A DNA stretch of 40,338 bases, from positions 1 through 40,338 of IMG/VR virus record IMGVR_UViG_3300037498_000021; one strand, 5' to 3'. This stretch comes from a virus. Taxonomy: Duplodnaviria > Caudoviricetes. The notes under the pieces are model-generated. The model saw only the letters and a program-made list of their open reading frames with translations. It was not told the origin of the DNA and searched no databases. Made by a program: the position numbers and the translations under genes. This document shows, piece by piece, positions 9,795 through 19,524 of this stretch (its first letter is position 1; each line of letters opens with the position of its first letter).

Positions 9795-11171
9795 ATGAAA
9801 GCACAACAACATCCGCGTATTTCTATTGCCATTTGCACACCTCAGCCTTACACGCGGGGGCGCGATGGATCCATTATGCTGGACACGATCACGGTCAACT
9901 GGCAACGGGCAAGGGCCGGCTTGAGCGTGCCGACGAATTTCAACAGCATCGAAATGTTTGCCGACGGCATGGAGGTCGGGGACGCCCGCAACAAGGTGGC
10001 GCTGAAATGCATTGAGTCGTCACCTTCGCCAGAGTTTCTTTTCTTCATCGATAACGATGTTTTGATCCCGCACGACGCCTTGACGAAGCTTTATTTTAGG
10101 GCGCAGACGCGGCCAGGGTACGACATTTACTGCGGCGTCTACTGCTGCAAGTGGACGACGCCATGCGAGCCGCTGATCTACGCCGGGGATGGCGGGGGAC
10201 CCTATTGGGATTGGGCTGTAGGGGATCTCCTGACAACCGAGGAACACGGGATCACGAGTGTCCACATGGGTTTGACTCTGATCAGGACGAGCCTTTTCAA
10301 GCGCATGGTCGAAGCCGGATACGGTGCAGAAAAGCCGATGTTCTATTCACGCTGTGAGAAGACGGTCACCGACAAGGGCGAATTGAAAACGGCGCGGGGA
10401 ACCGAGGACATCTATTTTTGCCAGATCGCCGTGAACGAATTTGACGCCAAGATCCTGGTCGATACGGGCGTGCTGGCCGGGCACATAGACAAGAGCACGG
10501 GCAAGATCTGGGGCCTTGAGGCAACTTCGCCACCGATCCAGCGGGCGCGGCGGCTTTACGCTGGGCAACCTGGTGGATTTTCTGAAGAAACTGGACTGGT
10601 CGCCCTGGACCTGGGGGCCGGAAATGCGCGACGGGTCTGGGAAGGCTACAAGACCGAGACGCTGGACATCCGCAAGGAATCCGGGGCCGACTACATCCAA
10701 GACACGCGGATGATGACCTTTCGGGACAATACCTTTGACCTCGTTGCCTCAAGCCATCATCTCGAGCACATCGGACGCCTGGATCAAGATCTCGTGTGGG
10801 CTGAAATGTTTCGCGTTTGCAAACCAGGCGGCGGGATTGAGCACATCATTCCCGACGTGTCGTGGGCGGCGCATCAGATCGAGCAGGGCATTACCGACGA
10901 GCACGTGCTGAATGTGCTCTACGGCGCGCAGGAGGCGCACGGTTACGCCCGCGAATTCAACCTGCACTATTTCGGCTACACGCCAGAGCTTGCGATTTCG
11001 TTTGCAAAAAAACATGGTTTCGTTGATGTTACCTGCAAGAATTGGAAGGACGATCCGGCGCTTGGTTACAACATGATTTTGACGGGCTTCAAGCCGAGCG
11101 TGAAAGAGGAACGGGCGAAGGAGATTGAGGCGCTGCAGTTGACGCCTCGCAAGCGCAAGAAAAAGCAGTGA
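9795..11171 (+). CDS. GT-A (GT2-like) glycosyltransferase fused to C-terminal SAM methyltransferase-like domain
   Basis: FLFFIDNDV (DxD), HMGLTLI, TEDIYFC, LAGH; then ALDLGAG, SSHHLEH, RVCKPGG..IIPD. Confidence 0.82.
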   Translation: MKAQQHPRISIAICTPQPYTRGRDGSIMLDTITVNWQRARAGLSVPTNFNSIEMFADGMEVGDARNKVALKCIESSPSPEFLFFIDNDVLIPHDALTKLYFRAQTRPGYDIYCGVYCCKWTTPCEPLIYAGDGGGPYWDWAVGDLLTTEEHGITSVHMGLTLIRTSLFKRMVEAGYGAEKPMFYSRCEKTVTDKGELKTARGTEDIYFCQIAVNEFDAKILVDTGVLAGHIDKSTGKIWGLEATSPPIQRARRLYAGQPGGFSEETGLVALDLGAGNARRVWEGYKTETLDIRKESGADYIQDTRMMTFRDNTFDLVASSHHLEHIGRLDQDLVWAEMFRVCKPGGGIEHIIPDVSWAAHQIEQGITDEHVLNVLYGAQEAHGYAREFNLHYFGYTPELAISFAKKHGFVDVTCKNWKDDPALGYNMILTGFKPSVKEERAKEIEALQLTPRKRKKKQ

Positions 11172-11269
11172 CTATGTTGGACCGCGGCGAATGATTATAG
11201 ATTCAAACCGCGCAGGATGAGCCGGATATGCAGGACATCTCACAAACAACCAAACAGGAGTCCTACGCC

Positions 11270-11821
11270 ATGACAAAGGCGCAACTGCTTTCAGATCTCG
11301 CAATAAAATCTGCCGGATCGATTCTTTCGACGGAACTGGTTTCGACAGCCGGTGCGGTGAAACGATACCTTTCAAACGTCTATTCAAAGGGCGGAGAAAA
11401 TGATTCAGTCCCAATCGCGCAGATTTATTCGGTTTATTTTCTCGTCTACGACGAGGGCGGCGCGGGCGAGGATGCGCGATATTCAGATTCAGGATTTAAA
11501 AACATCGTCGAGCGCAATCCAACCGGCAGCACGCTGCTTGCAATTTACGGCATCTTTGCCAATGACAAACTCCGAGAGCGCGTAGTTGGTGCAATCGCAA
11601 AGGCCATTAGATCAAAGATGGGCGGCACACCAACTGATGGCGACAAACGAGTCGTAAAATATTCAGTCACACATTTCACAGGACTTGTCGATCTGTTCAT
11701 GGGCTACGTGGCAAGCAACGGAACGATTCAGTCTAATGGCGGCTCGGCATCGGACTCTGATCTTGAATACGTAATTCAGACTGAAGCATGGGCATTAGTT
11801 GGTTCGGCGTTGGGGATCTAA
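11270..11821 (+). CDS. Hypothetical protein
   Basis: AGGAG RBS upstream of ATG 11270; long ORF in operon. Confidence 0.65.
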   Translation: MTKAQLLSDLAIKSAGSILSTELVSTAGAVKRYLSNVYSKGGENDSVPIAQIYSVYFLVYDEGGAGEDARYSDSGFKNIVERNPTGSTLLAIYGIFANDKLRERVVGAIAKAIRSKMGGTPTDGDKRVVKYSVTHFTGLVDLFMGYVASNGTIQSNGGSASDSDLEYVIQTEAWALVGSALGI

Positions 11822-11822
11822 G

Positions 11823-12302
11823 ATGTCCCGATACGTAATCAAACTAGATGCTTTGAGTACGATTGTCGCAGAAGATATCGACCTTGCGTCGGACTTCTGC
11901 GATATTGTTTTTGCTCACAAATTGAATGGCAAAGACCGTATCGAGATGAAGGGACTGTCCTTTGGATTCACACTGGTCAAGGATGGTTCTGTAGTACATG
12001 AATTTACTTATCCACGCACTGGTGTGAAACTTTTACGATCAGACCAGAAATACATCTGCGTTGAACGCGTTGAGTGGATTCCAAACGCCCTTTACACGAT
12101 TGATTTCTGGTTTCAGAATGAGGGCCAGGACAAGATCAGTAAGACGAGAGATTTCCTTTCGCCAAAAGGAACTGCTCCAGGAAAGAAATGGCAGTGGAAC
12201 GACATCAAAAAGACCTACGAAGAGCCATCAATCCCATATCCCGATATTCATTTTGAGTTGCGCAAGCCAATGCTTTCATCTTTAGTTAGGAGGGAAGGCT
12301 GA
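11823..12302 (+). CDS. Hypothetical protein
   Basis: Tightly packed ORF, lower GC. Confidence 0.6.
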   Translation: MSRYVIKLDALSTIVAEDIDLASDFCDIVFAHKLNGKDRIEMKGLSFGFTLVKDGSVVHEFTYPRTGVKLLRSDQKYICVERVEWIPNALYTIDFWFQNEGQDKISKTRDFLSPKGTAPGKKWQWNDIKKTYEEPSIPYPDIHFELRKPMLSSLVRREG

Positions 12303-13108
12303 TGGCCGTCTCCGCGGCAGGTGGCACTGAAACCGAAAGTGGTGGATATAAAATCCACACGTTCACCTCTGGTGGAAACTTTGTCGTTTCTGCAGGAGGC
12401 GATGTTGAATATTTAGTCGTAGCAGGTGGTGGAGGTGGTGGACCATATAGGTTTGGCGGTGGTGGAGGTGGTGGAGGCTTATTGTCTGGTTCTATAGCAG
12501 TAACCGCAACGACATATGCGATTACTGTGGGAACTAGTGGTTCAGGTGGCACCTCTGGGCAGGGAGGGGACGGCGGCAATTCGGTATTCAGTACGATTAC
12601 AGCGACTGGTGGAGGCGGAGGTGGGCGTGACAACGCAAGTGACGGCCCAGGCAGAAATGGCGGCTCCGGAGGCGGGAGCGGCAACGAAAAAGCCGTTGGA
12701 ACTGGAATAGCAGGTCCGCCTAGACAGGGCTATGATGGAGGGATGGGTTGGCGGACAGGCCGAGACTGCGGTGGTGGTGGTGGTGGGGCGAGTGGTGCGG
12801 GTTCGAGTGGTGAAGATTACATTGGCGCGGGTGGACCTGGAACATCATCATCCATAAGTGGCACACCTACCACCTACGCCAATGGCGGAAAAGGCGGTAA
12901 GAGAACGGACAACCTCGGCAATGGTGCCGCTGGTGCTGCAAATACTGGCAACGGAGGCGGAGGTGCTTCTAGTACGACTTCTGCTAATGGTGGCGCTGGT
13001 GGTACTGGAATCGTAATCATCAGATATCTATTAGCTTCCGATCCCGTGACAGATCATTTTGTTGGGCCTGGCCTTACGAGCGGCTACGTGTGGAAATTGG
13101 GAGCGTGA
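12302..13108 (+). CDS. Glycine-rich domain virion protein
   Basis: YKIHTFTSGG, EYLVVAGGGGGG, ANTGNGGGG, GGTGIVIIRY. Confidence 0.8.
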   Translation: MAVSAAGGTETESGGYKIHTFTSGGNFVVSAGGDVEYLVVAGGGGGGPYRFGGGGGGGGLLSGSIAVTATTYAITVGTSGSGGTSGQGGDGGNSVFSTITATGGGGGGRDNASDGPGRNGGSGGGSGNEKAVGTGIAGPPRQGYDGGMGWRTGRDCGGGGGGASGAGSSGEDYIGAGGPGTSSSISGTPTTYANGGKGGKRTDNLGNGAAGAANTGNGGGGASSTTSANGGAGGTGIVIIRYLLASDPVTDHFVGPGLTSGYVWKLGA

Positions 13109-13111
13109 GAA

Positions 13112-14170
13112 ATGGCTATCATTGTTGGTGACCGCGTTCAGGAAACGTCTACGACGACAGGGACCGGGACGTTATCGCTCGCCGGAGCTGTGTCAAAATT
13201 CAGAACGTTTGTGGCCGGAATCGGAGATGGCAAAAGCGTTTACTATTCCATTGTCCACCGCTCATCAGCGGAGTGGGAAACCGGGATTGGCGATGTGAGT
13301 GATGCGTCGCCAGATACCCTGACGCGTGATGTAGTTCTTGCATCATCAAATGCAAATGCGCTTGTGGATTTTAGCGCGGGCACAAAAGACGTATTTTGTT
13401 CTTTTCCGGCGGATGGCGTTCCGCAGGGCCGTGGATTCATCGACGGTTTTCAAATGTCGAATGCAACGGATACGGATCACGACATCCAGATTGGCGTCGG
13501 CGAATGTAAGGACAGCGCAAATCTGGTGATGATGCGTGGCAATCAACTCGTCAAGCAAATTGATGCGGCATGGGCGGCAGGCACAGCGGCCGGCGGGATG
13601 TTCACGGGGACGGTTGGAAACGGCACATGGTATCATGTTCACGCCATCCGCAAGGATTCCGATGGCTCGGTGGATTACGGATTTGACACGTCCATAACTG
13701 CAGCAAACAAACCGGCCGGGTATTCGTATTACAGGCGCATCGGATCGGTGCGGGCGAACGGAAGCGCAAACATATTTCAGTTCTTTCAAATTGGTGATAA
13801 TTTTCTTTGGAAGAATTTGGATCTTCTTACACAAGATGTCTCTAACGGTACTTTGCCAACATCCTCGCAAACGAGTGTAACTTTAAATACTCCTCCTGGC
13901 GTCAATGTCATCGCAAATTTAAGAATGTCGGCGAGTGGATCAGTCAGCGTAGTCGGATCGGCTCAATATCCATCTGTAGCATATATTCAACCACATCAAA
14001 CGAGCTCGCCATTATGTGATGTGAGTGATTCGGTTCATACGAATTACGTATGTAATCATTTGTATGTTTTGACTGATACATCGTCACAGGTTGCATTTGC
14101 GGGACAAGGCGCAAGCACGAGATACGATGTAACTACACTCGGTTGGATTGATTTTAGAGGGAAACAATAA
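13112..14170 (+). CDS. Fibre/receptor-binding-like virion protein
   Basis: DRVQETSTTTGTGTLSL..WETGIG..FSAGTKDVF N-terminal module; WYHVHAI, PAGYSYYRRIGS; AT-richer C-terminus. Confidence 0.65.
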   Translation: MAIIVGDRVQETSTTTGTGTLSLAGAVSKFRTFVAGIGDGKSVYYSIVHRSSAEWETGIGDVSDASPDTLTRDVVLASSNANALVDFSAGTKDVFCSFPADGVPQGRGFIDGFQMSNATDTDHDIQIGVGECKDSANLVMMRGNQLVKQIDAAWAAGTAAGGMFTGTVGNGTWYHVHAIRKDSDGSVDYGFDTSITAANKPAGYSYYRRIGSVRANGSANIFQFFQIGDNFLWKNLDLLTQDVSNGTLPTSSQTSVTLNTPPGVNVIANLRMSASGSVSVVGSAQYPSVAYIQPHQTSSPLCDVSDSVHTNYVCNHLYVLTDTSSQVAFAGQGASTRYDVTTLGWIDFRGKQ

Positions 14171-14442
14171 TGCCATTCGTCGACAGAGATGGATCAAATA
14201 AGGTTTTGTCTACATACGCTTGCTCTCAATTTGTTGGGCAAGAATACGTAGACGAATCACACCAAGACATGGTGGATTTCAAAGTAGGATTATTGGCAAT
14301 TGTTACTGCCAGGACTGCTGAACGAGAAGATTTGCGGAGTCAGGTGCAGGACGAAACCGAAGCGGCCTGGCTTTCGCGTACTGACACCGCTCGATGGAAA
14401 ATTGTCCTGAAACTTTTAAAAGCGATTGAGAAAAGAATTTAG
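14170..14442 (+). CDS. Hypothetical protein (possible fibre chaperone)
   Basis: TAATG coupling to fibre-like gene. Confidence 0.55.
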   Translation: MPFVDRDGSNKVLSTYACSQFVGQEYVDESHQDMVDFKVGLLAIVTARTAEREDLRSQVQDETEAAWLSRTDTARWKIVLKLLKAIEKRI

Positions 14443-14445
14443 AGC

Positions 14446-15837
14446 ATGATTGCAGCGGGACCCATAGCAGCGGCGCCAATTGCGAGCGAATACGGTTCGA
14501 TCTCTGAAACTGCGATCACAGAAACCGCCAAGCTCACGGACGCGCTGACGTGGATCAAAAACACACCGCGAACGATTGCAGAGACAATGAAATTGACTCA
14601 ACCGGCATGGACGCTGACCAGGCTGCAATATCATCCGTTCAGCGGCGAGACTTTGAAACTTGTCGATAGTTTCACGCGAAGCCTTGTCAATGTGCGAACC
14701 ATCCTGGAATCGATGACGCTGACGGATGCCTTGACGGTCGGCGGCGCGCAGATTTACAACGTACAAATATCAGAAGCATTGAAAGTCGTTGACGCCTTAT
14801 TGCGTCAGTCAGACGCCTTTCGGTCGATCAGTGAATCAGCCAAGCTCACGGATTCGGTTGCGCGACAAAGCGACGCCAAGCGAGCGCTATCAGAGGCGCT
14901 GAAGATCACGGATACGCCGACACTGATTGCGCTGTTCAATCGCCTCGTCGCCGAGGTCGCCAAGTTGACCGACAGCGTAGCACGTCAGTCAGACGCCAAG
15001 CGAGCCATCACAGAACTTGCAAAAATCGTGGACACCTTGGCGCGTCAATCGAATGCAAACCGTTCGATAGTCGAAACGATGGAATTGATTGACGCTGTAA
15101 TTCTAAGCGGCTCGCTGTTCATTCAAATTGTCGAGGCCGTGGCGCTGACCGACGACGTTGACCGCGTAGCACATGCGAATCGATTGCTTGCGGAGCTTGC
15201 GGCGCTTACCGACAATTTGCAAAAGATTGGGGACTTCAAACGAAGCATCGTCGAAAACGCCGTTTTGATTGATGCGTTGTTGACGGGCTCCCAGTTGATC
15301 ATTCGGGTCGTCGAAAGCCTGGCGCTTGTTGACGCGCTGCAGGTGCGCACGACCGTGCTGCGCATCATCCAGGAAGCCATCGCCCTGTCCGACACGCCGC
15401 AACTCTCAATGCTGCAATTGCGTGCAATCGTCGAAACGTTTGTCATGCAAGATACGCTTGCTCAAAACGCCGTATTTAGACGAACGATTGCCGAGGTCCT
15501 TGAAGCGCTCGATTCAATCGTTGTTCAAAGCCAATATGCAATCTCCATATCCGAGGCCTTCAGCCTTATCGATGCACTGGCCAGGATCCAAGAGGCGGCG
15601 CGTTCAGTCTCTGAAAACATGCCTTTGGTTGATAGCCTGGCTCGTATTGGCGACTATCTCAGGGTGATCAGCGAGGCCTTTGCTCTTGAAGACGTATTGA
15701 CCGTACAGCACATAACCTTGGCGCTTTACGTGAATTTGATTGCGAAGATCTACGAAAAAACTGAGTACGCGGCTAAACTGCAGGACGACGAGGGCACGAA
15801 ATTAATCGCGACCTTGCTCTTTGGAGACCGGAATTAA
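14446..15837 (+). CDS. 20-aa periodic repeat protein
   Basis: About 20 imperfect repeats such as SISESAKLTDSVARQSDAKR, LVAEVAKLTDSVARQSDAKR, SVSENMPLVDSLARIGDYLR. Confidence 0.8.
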   Translation: MIAAGPIAAAPIASEYGSISETAITETAKLTDALTWIKNTPRTIAETMKLTQPAWTLTRLQYHPFSGETLKLVDSFTRSLVNVRTILESMTLTDALTVGGAQIYNVQISEALKVVDALLRQSDAFRSISESAKLTDSVARQSDAKRALSEALKITDTPTLIALFNRLVAEVAKLTDSVARQSDAKRAITELAKIVDTLARQSNANRSIVETMELIDAVILSGSLFIQIVEAVALTDDVDRVAHANRLLAELAALTDNLQKIGDFKRSIVENAVLIDALLTGSQLIIRVVESLALVDALQVRTTVLRIIQEAIALSDTPQLSMLQLRAIVETFVMQDTLAQNAVFRRTIAEVLEALDSIVVQSQYAISISEAFSLIDALARIQEAARSVSENMPLVDSLARIGDYLRVISEAFALEDVLTVQHITLALYVNLIAKIYEKTEYAAKLQDDEGTKLIATLLFGDRN

Positions 15838-16235
15838 TGGCTACAATCGCGACAAATAAAAAGGACTTGCGCATGGACCAAGGCAAGACCTGGATCACGA
15901 AATGGCAGGTCAAAGATTGGGGACTCGCAACACCGGCAGTCGTTGACATCACGAATGCCACCGCGTTTTTTACGGCGAAATACGACATTGACGATGCAGA
16001 TGCAGCGGCGGTGTTCAAAAAGTCTGTCGGGTCAGGCATCACACTGACGGACCCGACGAACGGAAAACTGACCGTGCAGGTGGACCCTGCGAATACATCG
16101 GCAATGACCGGGTTTCTTTTTGAGGAACGAAGGCTCTATTATGACTTCACCCTGAAGACCGCATCGGGTGATATCTACGCGATATCGCAAGGGGACCTCG
16201 TTGTTCGGCAAAACGTCACGCTGACGACGACATAG
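15837..16235 (+). CDS. BppU-N-like beta-sandwich adaptor protein
   Basis: DQGKTW..VDITNATAFF..GITLTDPTNGKLTV..YYDF..QGDLVV pattern. Confidence 0.6.
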   Translation: MATIATNKKDLRMDQGKTWITKWQVKDWGLATPAVVDITNATAFFTAKYDIDDADAAAVFKKSVGSGITLTDPTNGKLTVQVDPANTSAMTGFLFEERRLYYDFTLKTASGDIYAISQGDLVVRQNVTLTTT

Positions 16236-16243
16236 GGGCGAAC

Positions 16244-16876
16244 ATGAGAACACGAATTAAAGTCGCAACGGCTCCAGCGCTTGAACCCGTGACGTTGACG
16301 GAAGTAAAGCAGCATCTTAGGCGCACCGATCGGCGAGAAGATGACTACATCACGACGCTGATCACGGCGGCACGGGAATACTGCGAGACAATCACGCGGC
16401 GGGCGTTCATCACGCAAACGATTGACCTGGTGATGGATACTTTTCCGCTTAGCGATGGATTGAGTTATTCAGACGAAACCAGCATCGACCGCGGTTCACA
16501 GATTGTTCTTCCCAAGCCACCGCTGCAAACGATTACGTCAATCAAATACCTGGACACGTCCGGGATTCTGCAGACGCTGACATCCAGCGCCTACAACGCC
16601 GACACCTACAGCGAGCCGGGGCGAATTTACTTGAGCCAGTCCTATCAGTGGCCATCGACGCAGGACATCGAAAACGCCGTGACGATCAAATACGTAGCTG
16701 GCTATGGACTCACGGCGGCGACGGTTCCGGCCGCGCTAAGGCACGCCATCAAGCTGGTCGTAGCGCATTGGTTTTTGAATCGGGAATCCGTTCTTGTCGG
16801 CGTAACAAGCCATGAACTTGAGCGCACGCTGAAAAGCCTGCTTTGGCAATACCGCGACTACAGGATGGGATACTGA
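16244..16876 (+). CDS. Head-tail connector (gp6-like)
   Basis: EPVTLTEVKQHLR, LITAAREYCE, YVAGYG, AIKLVVAHWFLNRE. Confidence 0.92.
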   Translation: MRTRIKVATAPALEPVTLTEVKQHLRRTDRREDDYITTLITAAREYCETITRRAFITQTIDLVMDTFPLSDGLSYSDETSIDRGSQIVLPKPPLQTITSIKYLDTSGILQTLTSSAYNADTYSEPGRIYLSQSYQWPSTQDIENAVTIKYVAGYGLTAATVPAALRHAIKLVVAHWFLNRESVLVGVTSHELERTLKSLLWQYRDYRMGY

Positions 16877-17226
16877 TGGCGAAGATTCTTAGGCGCGGGC
16901 AGTATAAAACCTACATCGAAATCGAGCGCCTCGACGAGACCGAGAGCGATACGCAAGGCGGAGTTGTGCCGCAATGGCAAACCGTCGAAACGCGCTGGGC
17001 GAACGTTGTGCCGATGACGAACCGAGAGCTTTACGAGGCGCAGCAAGTCGAGGTCGAGATCTCCCACCGGGTGACGTTTGATTATTGTCCCGGCCTTCTG
17101 GTGACGGACCGCATTCATTGGGTGGACGTGGACAACCAGGACCGCTACGCATACATCAGTTCGTTTTACGACGAAGAGGAAAACGGCGTGACTCATGTTT
17201 GTCGATGCATCGAGAGGGCGGGCTGA
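16876..17226 (+). CDS. Head closure / head-tail adaptor
   Basis: DTQGG..W..VETRWANVVP..RE pattern; synteny; TGATG coupling. Confidence 0.85.
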   Translation: MAKILRRGQYKTYIEIERLDETESDTQGGVVPQWQTVETRWANVVPMTNRELYEAQQVEVEISHRVTFDYCPGLLVTDRIHWVDVDNQDRYAYISSFYDEEENGVTHVCRCIERAG

Positions 17227-17681
17227 TGGCAATTATCCTGAACGTTCAAATACTGGGTGCCGATGCTCTCATAAAGCAGTTCAACGCGCTGCCGGAAAAG
17301 ATGCAAAAGCAGGTGTTTCGTCCGGCGGTGCGTGGAGCAACCAAACAAGTCATGCAGAACGCAAAAAAGAATGCGCCGAAGCGAACCGGGGCTATGAGGC
17401 GCGGGCTGTTCATAAAGCCATTCAAGCGTAAACGAAAGGGCGGATCCATTGGCCTGATGATTTTGACGCCAACAAGAGAAACCCTGAACATCAAGGCTGA
17501 CGCGAAGTGGTATTACCCTTCGTTTGTGGAATTAGGGCACAAAAAAAGAGGGGGCCGGGGTAGAGTTGCGGGGCGTCCATTCCTGCGTGACGCGATCAAA
17601 AATAATCGCGCTGCGGCACTGGACACGTTGCGGCGTGTAATGAAAACGCGAATGGAGATGATGCGGTGGCCGAGTCGCTGA
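17226..17681 (+). CDS. HK97 gp10-like tail completion protein
   Basis: NAPKRTGAMRR, FVELG, GRPFLRDA; synteny. Confidence 0.85.
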   Translation: MAIILNVQILGADALIKQFNALPEKMQKQVFRPAVRGATKQVMQNAKKNAPKRTGAMRRGLFIKPFKRKRKGGSIGLMILTPTRETLNIKADAKWYYPSFVELGHKKRGGRGRVAGRPFLRDAIKNNRAAALDTLRRVMKTRMEMMRWPSR

Positions 17682-18118
17682 ACGAAAACCTGACGGCATA
17701 CCTACGGGAGCACCGGTTGATTGCCGAGCTTTTAACCGCTCCGGGCGTTTGGGTTATCGGCGCTCCGCATTCCCAAACGTTGCCATACATCGTTTACCAG
17801 CGCAACGACGGCAAGCCTGCGGCGCATCTTGGCGGAGTCAGCGACGCAGTTCAGGCAAACGTGAGTTTTTCATGCTACGCCGACACGCCTGAGGGGGCCG
17901 CTGATTTGGCCGACGCGTTGGTGCTGGCATTGGCAGGCTTCCGGGGATTCATGGACGACATCCATGTGCGTTTGTGCTCGCTGCAAACAGAGTCGCAAAC
18001 TTACATCGATCCGACTGACGGGAGTGATCAAGGTGTTTTTGTTGAGGGTCGGGATTTTTTGATTTGGTTTTTACGGACTGCGCCGACATTGGTTGATCAA
18101 CCGATGCGGACTGCATAA
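17666..18118 (+). CDS. Tail terminator (DUF3168-like)
   Basis: AP...LPYIVYQR, SCYADT..A..LAD; position before major tail gene. Confidence 0.8.
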   Translation: MAESLNENLTAYLREHRLIAELLTAPGVWVIGAPHSQTLPYIVYQRNDGKPAAHLGGVSDAVQANVSFSCYADTPEGAADLADALVLALAGFRGFMDDIHVRLCSLQTESQTYIDPTDGSDQGVFVEGRDFLIWFLRTAPTLVDQPMRTA

Positions 18119-18133
18119 CAGGAGGGTAGCATC

Positions 18134-18562
18134 ATGCCGGGCGGAGCTGCAGACATCGGAACGGGCGCATCGATCACATTCTCGTCGACGTTCTTTGCGC
18201 AAATCACAAACATTTCTTGGAGTGGAATTTCTCGTCCTGCAATCGACGCGAGCCACATGGGCATTGCAGCGGCCGGTGCTGCAAAATTCGGGAACAAGTT
18301 GTTTCTTGCCGGCGACCTGGTCGATCCGGGCGAGCTGTCGGTTGATATGCATTTCAACCCGATCACGGATCCGCCGATCGCAAGCGCCGCTGAATCAACA
18401 ACCGTAACGTTTCCGAAGTTTGGAAGCGATTCGACTAGCACGTCATACGCTGGATCCGGATTTCTGACGCAGTGGGAATTCACGGTGCCGATGGAGGAAT
18501 TGATGACCGCAAGCGCGACCATCAAATTTTCCGGCAACATCTCGATTACGGACGCGACCTAA
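18134..18562 (+). CDS. Major tail (tube) protein
   Basis: Strong RBS, GDLVDPGELS, GFLTQW..MTASATIKFSG; synteny. Confidence 0.8.
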   Translation: MPGGAADIGTGASITFSSTFFAQITNISWSGISRPAIDASHMGIAAAGAAKFGNKLFLAGDLVDPGELSVDMHFNPITDPPIASAAESTTVTFPKFGSDSTSTSYAGSGFLTQWEFTVPMEELMTASATIKFSGNISITDAT

Positions 18563-18668
18563 TCCGGTTGTGGGGATTTGTGGAGTCCGGCGCTTCGACG
18601 CCCTTCCACCCCACGGGGAGCCAGGAGCCTAAATCCTGGGGACTCCACGCAATAAAACGAGGTGACAA

Positions 18669-19163
18669 ATGAGCGTGCGATGCAAGTATAACCTTTATTT
18701 GCTGGCCGAGGAAACGATCAGCCTCTCTGAGGATCTGATTTCAAATCCTACGGTCACGCATCAGATCACAGTGAGTCATGGAACCTACAGCGCATCGTCA
18801 ACCGTTCCCGTATCGCAGGCGTGGAGCGATACGCGCACGCTGACGGCCGGCGCAGACGCGCTGGATTTGACGGCGCTGGTTCAGGCGGCGCGCACGAACA
18901 TCAATTTCAACACGCTGAAGGTGCAGGCTGTAAAGATCAAGGCATCGGCGAACAACAGCGCCGTGGTCGTCTTCGCACCGTCCGGCACGAATGGCTACAA
19001 CCTGTTTGGGAATGCGGACGGAACGATTGCACTACCGCCTGGGGCCGAAGCGCTGATGCTTTTCAAGGAAGGGTTGGCAGACGTATCGGCTACTGTCAAG
19101 GCGGTGGCGATCACGTCGGCGGATACGGATGCATCGTATTCGATCATTCTAGTGGCCGGGTAA
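18669..19163 (+). CDS. Hypothetical virion protein
   Basis: GAGGTG RBS; beta-rich ORF between tube and chaperone genes. Confidence 0.65.
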   Translation: MSVRCKYNLYLLAEETISLSEDLISNPTVTHQITVSHGTYSASSTVPVSQAWSDTRTLTAGADALDLTALVQAARTNINFNTLKVQAVKIKASANNSAVVVFAPSGTNGYNLFGNADGTIALPPGAEALMLFKEGLADVSATVKAVAITSADTDASYSIILVAG

Positions 19164-19176
19164 AGGAGATTCAGAC

Positions 19177-19524
19177 GTGGGGAAAGCACTGACACGCGAG
19201 CAGATTTTGGGTGCAAAGGACGTGACGGTCAAAACGGTTGACGTGCCTGAGTGGGGCGGGCCTGTCAACGTTCGTGTCATGTCGGGTGCGCGCCGTGGTT
19301 ACATCGAAAGCCGCGTGCTGAAAGGCGACATGCAGCAAGGCGATATGCGCATCATCGTATGCGCGAGCACGATTTGTGATGACGAAGGGTTTGCGATTTT
19401 CACGAACGACGACATCGAGCTGCTTGGTGAAAAGTCGTCAATCGCTTTAGACCGTGTTTTTGCTGCGGCGCTCGAACTGAATGGAATGCAATCCGGGGCC
19501 GTCGAAGAGGCTAAAAAAAACTGA
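19177..19524 (+). CDS. Tail assembly chaperone (gpG-like)
   Basis: LTREQIL..VDVPEWGG.V.VR, ends EAKKN on a slippery sequence. Confidence 0.88.
   Translation: MGKALTREQILGAKDVTVKTVDVPEWGGPVNVRVMSGARRGYIESRVLKGDMQQGDMRIIVCASTICDDEGFAIFTNDDIELLGEKSSIALDRVFAAALELNGMQSGAVEEAKKN
19513..19521 (+). other. Programmed -1 frameshift site (A AAA AAC)
   Basis: AAAAAAAAC just before the stop; the -1 frame is open and joins ORF 19575..19886. Confidence 0.88.

Noticed and set aside
12302-14170. Diversity-generating retroelement acting on fibre genes
   Set aside because: No reverse transcriptase and no template/variable repeat pair seen.
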